Source: Chiloscyllium plagiosum
Lineage: Eukaryota
NCBI RefSeq assembly: GCF_004010195.1
Contig: NC_057718.1
Location: 22,295,111 to 22,355,286 of the forward strand
Direction of reading: 5' to 3'
DNA: 60,176 nucleotides
Of this stretch, positions 27,116-40,980 are shown one piece after another; positions within the stretch are counted from its first letter, which is position 1, and every line of letters starts with the position of its first letter. The position numbers were made by a program, and so were the translations under genes. The notes beneath the pieces were generated by a model. It had not been told where the DNA came from. It was given only the letters and a program-made list of their open reading frames with translations, and ran no database searches.

Positions 27116-28287
27116 CCCATAAGATATAGGAGTAGAAGTAAGCCCATTTGGCCCTTTGACTCCAGTCCACCATTCAATTTTGACTGATGGGCATTTCAAC
27201 TCCACTTACCCGCACTCTCCCCCTAGCCCTTAATTCCTTGCAAGATCAAAACTTTATTAATCTCTGCCTTGAAGATACTTAATGTCCCGGCCTCCACTGC
27301 ACTCCATGGCAATGAATTCCACAGGCCCACCACTCTCTGGCTGATGAAGTGTCCCCTCATTTCCGTTCTAAATTGACCCCCTATGGCTGTGTCCATGGAT
27401 CCTAGTGTTTGTGACTAACGGAAACAAATTCCCAGCATTCACCCTTTCTAAGCCATGCATTATCTTGTAAGTTTGTATTAGATCTCCCCTCAACCTTCTA
27501 GCCTCTAATGAATACAATCCCAGGATCCTCAGCTGTTCATCATATGTTAGGCCTACCATTCCATGGATCATCCATGTGAATCTCTGCTGGACACGCTCCA
27601 GTGCCAGTTTGTCCTTCCTGAGGTGTGGGGACCAAAACTGGACACAATATTCTAAATGGGCCTAACCAGAGCATTATAAAGTCTCAGCAGCACATCGCTA
27701 CTTCTATATTCCAATCCTCTTGAGATAAATGACAACATTACATTTGCTTTCTTAACTACAGACGCAACCTGCAAGTCAACCTTTCGAGAATCCTGGACTA
27801 GCACTCCCAGATCCCTTTGTACTTTGGCTTTATGAATTTTCTCACCGTTTAGAAAATAGTCCATTCCTGTATTCTTTTTTCCAAAGTGCAAGACCTCATT
27901 TTCTCATGTTGAATTTCATCAGCCATTTCCTGGACCACTCTCCTAAACTGTCTAAATCTTTCTGCAGCCTCCCCACCTCCTCAGTATTACCTGCTTGTCC
28001 GCCTCACGTCGTATCATCGGTGAACTTTACCAGAAAGCCCCCAGTTCCCTTCATCCAGATCATTAATATATAAAGTGAACAGCTGCGACCCCAACACTGA
28101 ACCCTGCGGGACACCACTAGTCACTAGCTGCCATTCCGAAAAAGAACCTTTTATCCCAAATCTCTGTTTTCTGTCAGACAGTCAATCCTCAATCCATGCC
28201 AGTAGCTCACCTCGAACACCATGGGCCCTCACCTTACTCAGCAGCCTCCCCTGAGGCACTTTATCAAAGGCCTTTTGGAAGTCTAGT
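27116..28287 (-). mobile_element. CR1-clade LINE (second family), 3' part
   Basis: Minus strand LDFQKAFDKVP...[26 protein letters not shown]; tail ctacttctactcctatatcttatg. Confidence 0.9.
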
Positions 28288-29515
28288 GGTAGCTCCTCAT
28301 GCAGCGAGCAGGCTCAGACCCTTATTGTTAGTGCGCCTCAAATAGTCACAGTCTGTGTATGGTAGCTTTCCCCATCAAACTCATGAGCTTAATTGAATAA
28401 GACCATAGCAGAGAAATACTAGAAATTATTTAACTGAAATTTGTATATATTAATTAACTCGGTAGAGATGGCTGGTCAGGTGATGTGCTGTAGCTGTATG
28501 ATGTGGGAGCTGGCTGATCCCATTGTGAACGGTTGTAACCACATCTGCAGCAAGTGTTGGTTGTTGGAATTGATGATCTGAAATCTGAGCTTCAAACACT
28601 GCAGCACATCCGGGAGGGGGAGAGTTACCTGGATGCTTTGTTTCAGGAGGCAGTCACACCTGGGAGATGATGTAATTCAAATTCAGTTAGTGATCAGGGA
28701 CAACAGGGTGTGATTGCAAGTGAGGCAGGTAGGGAGATCCTGAGTTCAGGAGTAGAGGAACCTCAGCTTTTGACTTTATCCAATAGGTATGAGATTCTTG
28801 TTCCCTGTGTGGATGAGGAAAAGGGCTGTGGGGAGGATGAGCCAACTGACCATGGCACCATGATGCAGAAGGCCATTCAAAAGGGGAGAGCAAAAAGACA
28901 AGTGGTAGTTATAGGGGATTCTATAATTAGGAGGATAGATAGTACCCTTTGCAAGCCAGATCTGGAGTCCCGCATGGAGCATTGCCTGCCTGGTGCCAGG
29001 CTGCAGGACACCTCTGACCGTCTTGAAAGGATATTGGAGCGGGAGGGGGAGGATTCGGTTGGTGTAACAACATAGACAAGGGTAGGATGGAGGACCTGTT
29101 TGGGGATTATCGAGCACGAGGAATGAAATTAAGGAACAGATCCTCAAGGGTCATAATCTCCTGATTACTGCCCGAGCCACGTGCAAATTGGTTTAGGGAC
29201 AAGAAAATTAGGGAAGTAAACACATGGCTAAGGGAATGGTGTGGGAAAGAGGGGTTCCATGGGGCATTGGCATCAGTTTTGGAACCGGGAGCATCTGTAC
29301 CGATGAGATGGTCTCCACCTGAACCGATCTGGAACCAGTGTTCTAGCGAAAAGGGTAAATAGGGTGGTCACTAGACTTTAAACTTGTGAGTTGGGGGGAA
29401 GGGAAAAGGAAAACAACAGGAAGTATGGTGATAAATAAAAAGGCAAGCAGCAGGTTAGCATGTGTGCAGGAGGGTTTAAGTTCAAGGCAGACTGTGAAAG
29501 AAGGCCGACTATGAT

Positions 29516-29830
29516 GGGCGGCACGGTGGCACAGTGATTAGCACTGCTGCCTCACAGCGCCAGAGACCCAGGTTCAATTCCAGCCTCAGGCGACTCTCTG
29601 TGTGGAGTTTGCATATTCTCCCTGTGTCTGCGTGGCTTTCCTCCGGGTGCTCCGGTTTCCTCCCACAGTCCAAAAATGTGCAGGTTAGGTGAATTGGCCC
29701 TGCTAAATTGCCCCTAGTGTTAGGTGAAGGGGTTAAATGTAGGGGAATGGGTTTGGGTGGGTTGCGCTTTGGTGGGTCGGTGTGGACTTGTTGGGCTGAA
29801 GCGCCTGTTTCCACACTGTAAGTAATCTAA
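29516..29830 (+). mobile_element. tRNA-derived SINE (HE1-like) nested in the LINE
   Basis: ggcggcacggtggcacagtgattagc (A box), ggttcaattcc (B box), tail cctgtttccacactgtaagtaatctaa. Confidence 0.92.
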
Positions 29831-31529
29831 GCAAAAAGGAAGGATAACTCAGGAGATATTAGAGATGTTGTGAATCACGACGGTAAGAAAGCTAGCATTC
29901 TTACTAGTAAGATAGCTCACAGCATTCATTACAAGGTTGATGAGTTAGTGGCACAAATCATCGTGAATGAATATTATTTGATAGCCATCATGGAGGCATG
30001 GTTACAGAATGGTCAATACTGCGAGTTAAATATCCAGGGTTATCAGACTATTTGGAAGGATAGTCAGGAATATAAGGAAGCTGATGTAGCTCTGATATTC
30101 AAGGACAACATCAGGACAGTGCTGAGAGATGATATAGGTTCTATGGAGCATGAGGTTGAATCCATTCGGGTGGAAATTAGGAATTCCAAGAAGAAAAAGT
30201 CATTGAAAGGTATAGTCTATAGGCCACCAAATAATAACATCACATTGGAGTGGGCAATAAGCAAGGAAATAACTATTGCCTGCAAGAATGGTATGGCTAT
30301 TATCATGGGGGTGGGGCGTGGTTTAATCTACATGTCAATTGGTTGAACCAGCTTGTTCAGGGTAGCCTTGAGGAGGAGTTTGTTGAGTGTATTCGTGATA
30401 GTTTTTTTGAACAGCATGTAATAGAACCGATGAGAGAGCAAGCTATCCGTGATCTGGTCTTGTGTAATGAGACAGGAATAATTAATGACCTCATAGTCAT
30501 GGATCCTCTTGGCAGGAGTGATCACAGTATGGTTGAATTTAGAATACAGATGGAGAATGTGAAGATAAAATCCAATACCAGAGTCCTGTGTTTGAATAAA
30601 GGGGACTATGATAGAATGAGGAAGGACCTGGCAAAAGTAGACTGGAAACAGAGACTTTCGGGTGCAACAGTTGACCAGCAGTGGAGGACCTTCAAAGAAA
30701 TATTGGACAGTATTCAGCAAAAGTATATTCCAGTGAGAAGGAAAGACTGTAAGAGGAGAGGTAATATGCCGTGGGAACAAGGAAATAAGGGAGGCTATCA
30801 AAGTGAAAGATAAGGTATACAAAGTGTGCCAAAAACAGCAGGAATCTAGAAGATTGAGAAAACTTTAAAAGTCAACAGAAAGCCACAAAAAGAGCTATGA
30901 TGAAAAGTATGAGAAAAAAAAACCTAGCACAGAATATAAAGAAAGATAGCAAAAGTTTCTATAAATATATAAAATGAAGAAGAGTGGCTAAAGTAAATGT
31001 TAGTACTTTAGAGGATTAGAAGGGGCAGTTAGTTATGGGATATGATGAAAAGGCTGAGGCATTGGACAAGTACTTTGCATCAGTCTTCACAGTAGAGGAT
31101 ACTAATAACATGCCAGTAAGTGATGGAGAGACAAAGGTTGGTGAGGACCTGGAAAGAATTATTATTGCTGAAGACGTAGTGTTGGGTAAGCAAATGGAGC
31201 TAAGGATAGATAAGTCTCCTGGCTATGATGGAATGCATCCCAGGTACTAAAAGAGATAGCTGGAGAAATGGCAGGTGGACTGGAGGTAATTTTCCGAAAT
31301 TCATTGGACTCTGGGGCAGTCCCAGTGGATTGGAAAACAGCAAATGTGACACCACTATTTAAAAAGGGAAGTAGACAAAAGACGGGGAATTATAGACTAA
31401 TGAGCTTTACCTCTGTAGTGGGGAAGATGCTTGAGTCTATTATCAAGGAAGAAAAAGCAGGGCATCTTGAATGAAATTGTCCCATTGTATAGACACAGCA
31501 TGGATTCATGAAGGGCATGCTTCACAAAA

Positions 31530-33135
31530 TGGTGAAGTTGATGTGCTGGAAATTTTGGAAAACATTAAGATTGATAAGTCCCCAGGGCCAGACCAGATTT
31601 ATCCTAGGCTGCTCCAGGAAGCGAGAAAGGAGGTTGCTAAGCCGCTGGTGAGGATATTTGCCTTCTTACTCTCCATGGGAGTCGTACCAGAGGATTGGAA
31701 GGAGGCGAGTGTTGTTCCTCTTTTCAAGAAGGGTAATAGGGAAATCCCTGGCAATTACAGACCAGTCAGTCTTACGTCTGTGGTCAGCAAAGTTTTGGAA
31801 AGCATTCTGAGGGATAAGATTTATGACTATTTGGCAAAGCATAGTGTGATTAAAAGCAGTCAGCATGGCTTTGTGAGGGGCAGGTCATGCCTCACAAATC
31901 ATATTGAGTTCTTTAAGGAGGTGACGAGACAGTTCAATGAAGGTTGAGCAGTAGATGTGGTGTATCTGGACTTCAGCAAGGCACTTGATAAGGTTCCCCA
32001 CGGTAGGCTCATTTATAAAGTCAGGAAGTATGGGATACAGGGAGATTTGGCTATCTGGATTCAGAATTGGCTGGCTGACAGAAGGCAGACAGTGGTTGTA
32101 GATGGAAAGTATTCTGCCTGGAGGTCAGTGTTGAGTGGAGTCCCGCAGGGCTCTGTTCTTGGGCCACTGATCTTTGTAGTTTTTATAAATGACTTCGATG
32201 AGGAGGTTGAGGGGTGGGTTAGTAAATTTGCAGATGACACAAAGGTTGGAGGTATTTTCGATAGTATAGAGGGCTACTGCAGACTGCAGCACGACATAGA
32301 CAGGATGCAGAACTGGGATGAGAAATGGCAGATGGAGTTCAACCTGGATAAATGTGAAGTGATGCATTTTGGAAGGTCAAACTTGAATGATGAATATAGG
32401 ATTAAAGACAGGATTCTTGGCAGTGTGGAGGAATAGAAGGATCTGGGTATGCAAGTATATAGATCCCTCAAAGTTGCCACCCAAGAGGATAGGGTTGTTA
32501 AGAAAGCATATGGTGTTTTGACTTTCATTAACAGGGGGATCAAGTTTAAGAGCTGCGAGGTTTTGCTGCAGCTCTACCAGTCCCTGGTGCGACCACACTT
32601 GGAATATTCTGTCCAGTTCTGGCCGCCCTACTATAGGAAAGATACAGAGGCTTTGGAGAGAGTGCAAAGGAGGTTTACCAGAATGCCTGGACTGGAGGGC
32701 TTGCCTTATGAAGAAAGGTTGAATAAGCTCGGAATTTTTTCTCTGGAGAGAAGGAGGAAGAGAGGAGACCTGATCGAGGTATATAAGATAATAAGAGGAA
32801 TATATCGAGTCAATAGCCAGAGACTTTTCTCCAGGGCAGGATTGACTAGTACGAGGAGTCATAGTTTGAAGATATTAGGAGGAAGGTATAAAGGAGACAT
32901 CGGAGATAGGTTCTTTATGCAGAGAGTTGTGAATGCATGGAATGCGTTGCCAGTTGTGATGGTGGAAGTAGAGTCACTGGGGACATTTAAGCGACTGCTG
33001 GACATGCACATGGATAGCAGTGAGTTGAAGGGTACGTAGGTTAGGTTACTATATTTTACATTAGGACTAAACCTCGGCACAACATTGTGGGCCAAAGGGC
33101 CTGTTCTGTGCTGTACATTTCTATGTTCTATGTTC
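31530..33135 (+). mobile_element. 5'-truncated CR1 LINE (third family) inserted in the RT of the host LINE
   Basis: Restarts at KSPGPDQIYPR and runs through [24 protein letters not shown] and SKFADDTK to its own (ctatgtt)n tail. The host resumes at caaatcttttggaattc. Confidence 0.9.
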
Positions 33136-36100
33136 CAAATCTTTTGGAATTCTATGAGACATTTCAAGCCAGGGGACAACGGGGACCCAGTGGATGTAAT
33201 GCACCTAGATTTCCAAATGGTCTTGATAAGGTGCTGCACATGAGGTTGCTGCATAAGATAAGGATGCATTGTGTTAGAGTATTGGCATGGAGAGAGGATA
33301 GGTTGACTAACAGGAAGCAAAGAGTGGGGGTAGATGAGTGCTATTCTGACTGGCAATCAGTGACTGGTGATGTGCCTCAGGTATCGGTGATGGGATCACA
33401 ATTAATTACAATTTTTACAGATGATTTGGAGTTGGGGACTCCGGTATACAGTGTAAAAATTTGCCGATGACACTAAGATGAGTGGCAGAACAAAGTGTGC
33501 AGAGGACTGTGAAACTTTGCAAAGGAACATAGACACTTTAAGTGGGCAAAGGTCGGGCAGATGGAATACAATGTTAGTAAATGTGAAGTCATACATTTTG
33601 TTAAGAGTAACAGCAAAATAGATCATTACTTGAATGGTAAAAAGTTGCAGCATGCTGCTATGCAGAGGGACCTGGGTGTCCTTGTGCATGAGTCGCAGCA
33701 GGTTGGTCTGCAGGTATAACAAGTAATTAGGAAGGCAAATGGAATCTTATGCTTCATTGCTAAAAGGGTTGAGTTTAAAAGCAGAGAGGTAGTGTTAAAG
33801 CTGGTGAGGCCACACCTTGAGAACTGTGTGCAGATTTGATCTCCTTACTTAAGAAAGGATGTACTGACACTGGAGGGGATGCAGAGGAGGTTCACTAGGT
33901 TGATTCCAGAGTTGAGGGGGTTGGCCTATGAGGAGAGGCTGAATAAACTGGGATTATATTCATTGGAATTCAGAAGAATGAGGGGGATCTTATAGAAACA
34001 TATGAAATTATGAAGGGAGTTGATAAAATAGAAATAGAGAGGATGTTTCCACTGGTAGGTGAGACTAGGACAAGAGGGCATGACCTCAAGATTAGAGGGA
34101 GTAGGTTTAAAACTGAACTGAGAAGGAACTTTTTCACCAGAGCGTTGTTAATCGATGGAATTCCTTGCCACAGGGAAATAGTTGACACTACTTCAGTAAT
34201 CGCTTTTAAAGCTCAGGAAGATACTTTTTTGAAAAATAAAGGAATTAAGGGGTTATGGTGAAAACGTGGGTAAGTGGAGCTGAGTGCACAGAAAGATTAG
34301 CCATGATCTTATTGAGTGGCAGAGCAGGCTCGAAGGGCCAGACAGCCTACTCCTACTCCTAGTTCTTACGTTCTTTGAACTTACCCAAGTTCCCACCCAA
34401 CCTGTCGATCCAAATATTGGTTTCACTAGTTTATCTCCCACCAACAGCCCCAGGCATATTGAGTAAACATTCCAGTGCATTGTTCCAATCATTCCTGCCA
34501 AGATGCTATTGACTCTCAAAGACCCTCCTTCCACACTGTTCTTTTCCCTTCAATGCTCTATTATCTCCCTCACTTCTTTATCCAGTGTCCCTCCCTTCAC
34601 AATTGTAATCCCCTCTGTACTCCAGCATGGTGCCTCCAATCCTCATAATGAAGTTCTCTGGCTTCCCTCCTGCAACAGTGGCCCTTGATATACCCCCTTG
34701 ACTTTCAGTGGTGGCCCTGGACTGACTGTGGCTGACCCCTTGACCAACTTAGAAGGATATCCATGAACAATGAGTGACCAGGCTTGTGACTGATATCTCT
34801 ACAGCTTCCTGCTACTCCTTGAACATATGCAGTAGGCCTACAGGGCCCACTTACTTGACAGCGGAGATGCAAAATCCTTATCATGACATCTCTGAGCAGT
34901 TGACTGACCGTGTTCTGTCTTTGAACTAGTACTGGAGACTGCCTTTGACTTGCTGTGCTGGACCCCCTGAGTGAAGGGTATCTCTCTTGGCTTGACTGAA
35001 GATTACTCCTTGAGACATGGCTAGTTGCTTGGTGTACAGCTGGCACATGCTGTAGGTATGAGATTGCTGTCACATGGTGTCATACAGAAAAGTATCCACC
35101 TCCTTGACTGATGACTGCTGAGAACCAGGAGGAGCTTTCTGACTTTCTGACTGTAGTAAACAGCAAAACAGGACATAGGTACTGTAGGTACTGTGAACCT
35201 ATTAGTTCTGACTGAGAGGGCAAAGTGCAAAAAGACAAGGCAAAGTAGAGAGGCTGTGAGCATTCAAGTAGGCACAATCACTGAGTGCTAAGAGGGTGAA
35301 CAAGGATCTCTGAGATGTACTATGTCAGAGGCATGGGACAGAAGACCATTTCTGTGTGCAGGCTGTTCTCACATCAGCATTGCAATGAAAGGTGCTTATG
35401 CACCTAAAAGCAGCAGTGAAGCGCAGAACATGGATCAGAAGTATGTCATGATGATGAAGTGAGACTGGTTTGTGTTGGATACAAAAGTCTTCTGTAAATG
35501 GGATGCGTGTGGTCACTGCCGACAGAGTATGTGTTGTTATATTGGTGTTGCTATTCAAGACAAAGTTCTAGAGGAACAAGTGGTGAGCTGGAGTTGCTAG
35601 GTAACCATGCTGACTTTCATGTCAGGAATTCTCAATGTCCAGTTTCTATCCAAGGAATGGGAAGGTGGGGAAAGGTCACCTGAAATATGATGCATACTTA
35701 TTCATGCAAATGGGCCTCTCACCATTCTTTATGAATCGGAAAAAGGGACTTGATCTCAACTTCGAGAAACTTCTTTCTGGACATCTCACTAGATTTTTCC
35801 CAACTTGCTCACCATGGCCATCATTAAACAGCTTATAAACATGTAAAAATAAACAAAAAAATCTTGAATAGCCACATAAACGTCCTCTTAAAAGCTCATA
35901 AATCTGCAAAAATAATCAAATGAATATTTATCTTGGCAGCTATGTTAACAAACTATGCTAAGCTAAATCAATTAAAATGTCAAAATGAACTAAGCATCCA
36001 TAAGTACATGCTACTGATTACCTACAGACAAGCTGTGGACCGCTAGGCAGTATCAATTAGAACCTTTCAACATAGCCAAAAGCTCAGCCATCTATTAAAA

Positions 36101-39100
36101 ACTTTGAAACAGACAGTTTAGGAGCTAAGCTGAACATCAAGGAAAACATGAAAGCCATGGAGTACTTTTACCCAGTCAGAACTGATTTCATTGGCATAAA
36201 CTTTGAAATAGCACATTATCCAATAAATGATGTACTGTAATTCTTCTGAAGGCTTTCCACTTTCATACTGTTTGCTCTTGACTGTTTTCACTTTGTCAGA
36301 ATAAACAGTTTGCCAAATATGTATCTTTTTAAAAAGCACTATTACCAATCACTGTAGTAAAAGTGAACTAGACTGCTGTTGAAGAATCTCATTATAATTT
36401 GAAGTAGGCAACACCTTTGGTATTTAATTTTCAAATTATTCCTGTCTTGTAAATCCTGGTTCATTCATGGTTACCTGCACCTCTGTGCTGGTTTGATTCA
36501 AATTGTATACCAAAGTCTGTATACTCCTCAATCAATATTACAGAAATTTGGAAATGTCTCCATTTACGATTGTCTGTTAAAATGTCACAGCTCTGTGCAT
36601 ACTACTAACTTGCCCCTTTATCCCACACATGTGAAAATCACTGGTGCTGGAAATGGGAAAGCGCAAAATTTCATAGCTTTTTGAACTTTTAAGAGGGTAT
36701 GAATCTCTTTCCTTTCAAAATAGTTTTAGTTTATTTTGACAGGTTTATGAGCCGTTCAAACAACATCGTTTCACTGTATTGTCAAGTAAAGCTGGTTTAT
36801 TTCGACAGATTTGTGAATTTCCAAGGTGACTTTTTTTGAGTAGCTGCTCACCTAGCACAGATGTATGGCCTTTTCAAACACTTCCAAATATTGTAGAATT
36901 CATGAATTCTGTTTACCATGGATACTGGTGAACGTTGAGGAGGTCTGAATGATGGCAGGATTTCTGGATTCTGGACCTGCCAACAATTTTAAAAATCACT
37001 CGATGCACTTTGACACCATGTCAGGATGGGAATGTCCAGCCCCCTGATCTTACCGGCCACAGATTTTTGCCTTACTTTCTGTCAGATCCTTCCCTTCAGA
37101 TCAATACTTGGTAGAGAATTGAATGCAGATTTCAAATTTCACAAAAATCTATAAGATGGAAACAATACTGAGCACAATTGACCTCAATGTAGATTCTCCA
37201 ACATTCTCAGTAATATCTCTCCAGCTATTCCAATTGGGTGGTGTGAGTGTATTGTAACAGCAATATATTCCACAGCAATAAAATCTCTTTCTCTTTTCAA
37301 GTTCATAAACTGAGAATTTAATTCAATTAATGCGTGAAGTGTATGCATTATAAATCGCATCTCAATTTGTTCTTAACAATTTGTGTGGATAATATGTTAA
37401 TGTCGGGAAAGTCTCAGTAAGCACATATACTATATTGCATTTCTGACATATTAGGGCACAAATACATTGTTACTTTGATCTAAGATCTTTGTGCTTATAG
37501 CAGTCTCTAAGACACTTCTGCAATTTACCTGAGTAAATTTTATTCACCTTTTCAAGCTGTTCAATTAAAATAATGTTTATGATTGAATAGCGGATTCCAT
37601 TATTCCTCAAGAACGTGATGTATGTGTCATTTTGGAGACATTTTAGTTTAATCAATTCAACCTGGGTTCTTGTGCATGCCTGCTCATTAGGGTGCATAAC
37701 ATGCATTCAGATGTATATTCCTCAATTGTCAATTATTGATGGGATCTCAGGCTTTGTGGTGGTAAATTAAAGCACAAATTAGGTGTCGTACAGGGATGCA
37801 GGTTGCTTGAACTTTTAGGGTTCGAAACACGTTTTCGACTTCATCCTTCTCCGTAAATTTTGGCTCCTGTCCCTAAGGTAGAAGTGTTGTTATGTTGCCT
37901 TTGTCAGCTCATCAAGAAATTTTGACATCTTCTAATCAACTGTTCAGAGGTGGCTCAGAGGTGGGGACTTTACCACAAAACCCTGCTATATTTGTAAGTG
38001 CATTAATGTTTGCGAAGGAGCACTGTCCTGGTATGTTGATAACCAGACCGTACTGCATTTTTTCACTATTTCTTTCGCTTCTGCTTGTCTGAGAAGGAGG
38101 TTCCATCTTGTAGTTGTGTGGAGTTTGTGGGAATTGGACAAACAAGAAGGGCAAATAGTTTCCATTTTTTCTGATTTAGACAGCTTCGGCTGAAATAACT
38201 GCATTAATCTGGGATGCAGGAAGATGGGATTGGAAAGGTCATCTGGGTAGGACTGTCTTTGGGTAGGCATGGAAAAGTTGGGCTGATGCTCCCCTTCCAT
38301 GCTGCATCATTTCTGCGGGTCTATGGTTCTAATATAAGAAAATCATCGACTTGAAACTGGCTACATGACAGAGGAAATGTAAAAGAACCTTTAACCTTTT
38401 GACACAGATACATGAGTGCTACTGTAAAACGTGGTAGACATGCCTTGAAAAAGGCTTGAAAGTCTTGAAGTAGCAGCCACTTTCCTCACTCAGTTAGTTA
38501 CATAGCTCACTCAAGCTGTTAATTGACTAAGAATGCATAGCGCCACAGTGTGATGCAGGATGTACAGCTGTTTAGCCTGTAAAAAAGTTCTAGACAGATT
38601 TGAATGACTTGCCTTGTCATTCCCCCCCCCCATCCCTCTTTTTGATGCTGACAACTTTGTCCAGTGGCCATACTTTATAAATTTCTGCCGCTTCACTTCA
38701 GCTAAAAATCAAGAAAGTACCAGGATTCAAATTTTCCTGAGGACAAACAAATTGGTTCTTCATTCTGTCCAGCTGTTCCTATAGATTAGAGCTGTATTTC
38801 AAAAGCTTGCAATCCTTTTCTTATCAATGGTATTAATAGCTGAGCTCTCAAAACTGTACAGTACAGTACGGCTCCACGTAGGGAATTTTGCAAGTTGTTT
38901 TTTCAAGTGCGGGCTGAAGTTAGATGCCACTCGTACTTTGTGTTAAGTGACAAGTTGTAGAGTGGGTAATTGCTACATATTTTGGTTTCAATGCTACTAT
39001 CTGCATTTTTGAACATAACAATTAAAAACTGCATAAGGTAAAGTTGGTTGGCTTGAAGTCATGAGCTGGGCGAAATATTCATCAAAATTCATTATTAACA

Positions 39101-39513
39101 TCATGCTGTCATGGTTACCATACACCCTTAGTTCACAGTCAGGGATATACTGATTATATTAAACTGTTCAGAAATAATCTGTAATGCAATGGAATGTGTT
39201 TCTTTGGGGTATGTGATGTTTCTGCTGAAGAGAATTATCATCTTTTCGCAATAGCAGTAGCATTTACAGAGATAAGAAGGAACTGAAATTGTTTGCATCA
39301 TTTGTGATGTGCCAGTTAGCTTTGTAAAAGGTGGACAATGCTCGAATTGATAATTTGAAGAAACCTGCATCAGGCCTGTCACTCAATGTGCAGAACAGCT
39401 GCATGTAAACCCTTTCTTCTGCTTCTCTTTACCCACCCTTCTTTTCAAATCTCTTATTACCATCAGGAGTACTGGCTGGATGCAGATTTCTAAACCAACC
39501 GCTGCCTTGTTAA

Positions 39514-39742
39514 AAACTGAAAACAAAAATTGCTGGCAATCACAGTGGGTCAGGCAGCATCCATGGAGCGAGAGCAAGATAATGTTTTGAGTTTAGATAG
39601 CTCTTCCACAGAGCTGTAGATCAGTCATCCACATTCAAAATGTTAGCTTGCTGTCTCTCCACGGACACTGCCTGAGCCGTTGTGATTTCCAACAATTTTT
39701 GTTTTCAGTACAGATTCTAGCACCTGCAGTAATTTGCTCCAA
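39514..39742 (+). mobile_element. Old fold-back PLE-type insertion
   Basis: Arms actgaaaacaaaaattgctgg.../...ccaacaatttttgttttcagt; TSD gctgc(c/t)ttgttaa (39501-39513, 39743-39755). Confidence 0.7.
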
Positions 39743-39824
39743 GCTGCTTTGTTAAGACAAAATTTCAAAAAATGTAGAGGTTTTTGTCCTTACTGAACTG
39801 AAATAATGGATGTAGGTGTAGTTG

Positions 39825-40980
39825 GCGGGCCAGTATTTATTGCTCCACTGTAGTTGCCTTGAGAAGGTGGTGGTGAGCTGCCTTCTTCAATCTCTGTGGT
39901 CCATGTGCTGTGGGTGGATCCACAATGACCGTAGGGAGGGAATTCCAGGATTTTGACTCAGTGACAATGAAGGAACTGTGATATGTTTCCAAGTTAGGGT
40001 GCAAGTGGCTTGGAGGGGAAATTACATGTATCTGCTGCCCCTGTCCTTCTTGATGGAAGTGATCGAGGGTTTGGAAGGTGCTGTCTGAGGATCTTTGGTG
40101 AATTTCTGCAGTGCTTCTTGTAGATAGCACACAGCTGCTACTGAGTGTTGGTGGTGGAGGGAGTAGATGCTTGTGGATGTGGTACCAGTCGAGTGGGCTG
40201 CTTTGTGCTGGATGGTGTCAAGCTTCTTGAGTTGTGGTGGAGTTGAACCCATCCAGGCAAATGAGGTATATGTCATCAAACTCCTGACATGTGCCTTGTG
40301 AATGTTTAAAAGTCTTTGGGGAGTTAGCAAATGAGTTATTTGCCACCATATTTCTAGTCTCTGACCTGCTGTTGTAGCCACTGTGTTTATGTGGCGAGTC
40401 CAGTTGAATTTCTACTCAATGGTAACCCTCATGATGTTGACTGTGGGAGTTTCTGTGATGGTAACAGCATTGAATAACAAGGAGCAGTGGTTGGGTCATT
40501 CCTTGTTGGTGATAGCCATTGCCTGGCATTTGTGGGACATGAATGTTTCTTGCCACTCATCAGCACAACTTTGGGTATTGTCCAGATCATGTTGCATTTA
40601 AATATAGACTGCTTCCAAATCTGAGGAGTCGTGAATGGTACTGAAAATTGTACAATAATCAGGGAACCTTCCCACTTCTGACCTCATGATGGAGGGAAGG
40701 TGAAGTAGCTGAAGATTGTTGGGCTTGGGCCAGTATGCTGTGAACTCCTGCAGAGATGTCCTAGGCCTTGGATGATTGACTTCCAATAATCACAACCATC
40801 TTCCTATTTGCCAGGTAGGACAGCAACCAGTGGAGAGTTTTCCCCAGATACCCATTGATTCCAATTTTGCTGGGGCTCCTTGATGCCACATTTCATTCGA
40901 TGTCAAGAGCTGCCACTCTCACCTCACCTCTAGAATTCAGCTCTTTTGTCCTTGTTTGAATTAAGGCTGCAATAAGGTAG
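39825..40980 (-). mobile_element. Old CR1-like LINE 3' portion
   Basis: Minus-strand HLLTPQRLLNIHKAHVRSLM...LKKLDTIQHKAA; same family as 1990-3200. Confidence 0.8.

Larger units (their letters stand above)
28288..34375 (+). mobile_element. Near full-length decayed CR1-clade LINE (ORF1 Cys-rich N-terminus plus esterase; ORF2 APE-RT) with nested insertions
   Basis: ATG 28468 opens MAGQVMCCSCMMWE...HICSKC; VVVIGDSIIR; IVYRPPN and GRSDHSMVEF; WKTANVTPLFKKG. RT resumes after 33136 and the 3' tail is at about 34300-34375. Confidence 0.9.

Noticed and set aside
29516..29590. tRNA-like A/B boxes
   Set aside because: These are SINE heads continuing into SINE bodies, not tRNA genes.
31471..33039. Longest ORFs (158-196 aa) as possible host genes or an active LINE
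   Set aside because: They are CR1 reverse-transcriptase fragments separated by stops in a 5'-truncated copy.
34400..35660. Relatively GC-richer block with short ORFs, possibly an old DNA transposon
   Set aside because: No transposase motif or terminal repeats could be recognised by eye.
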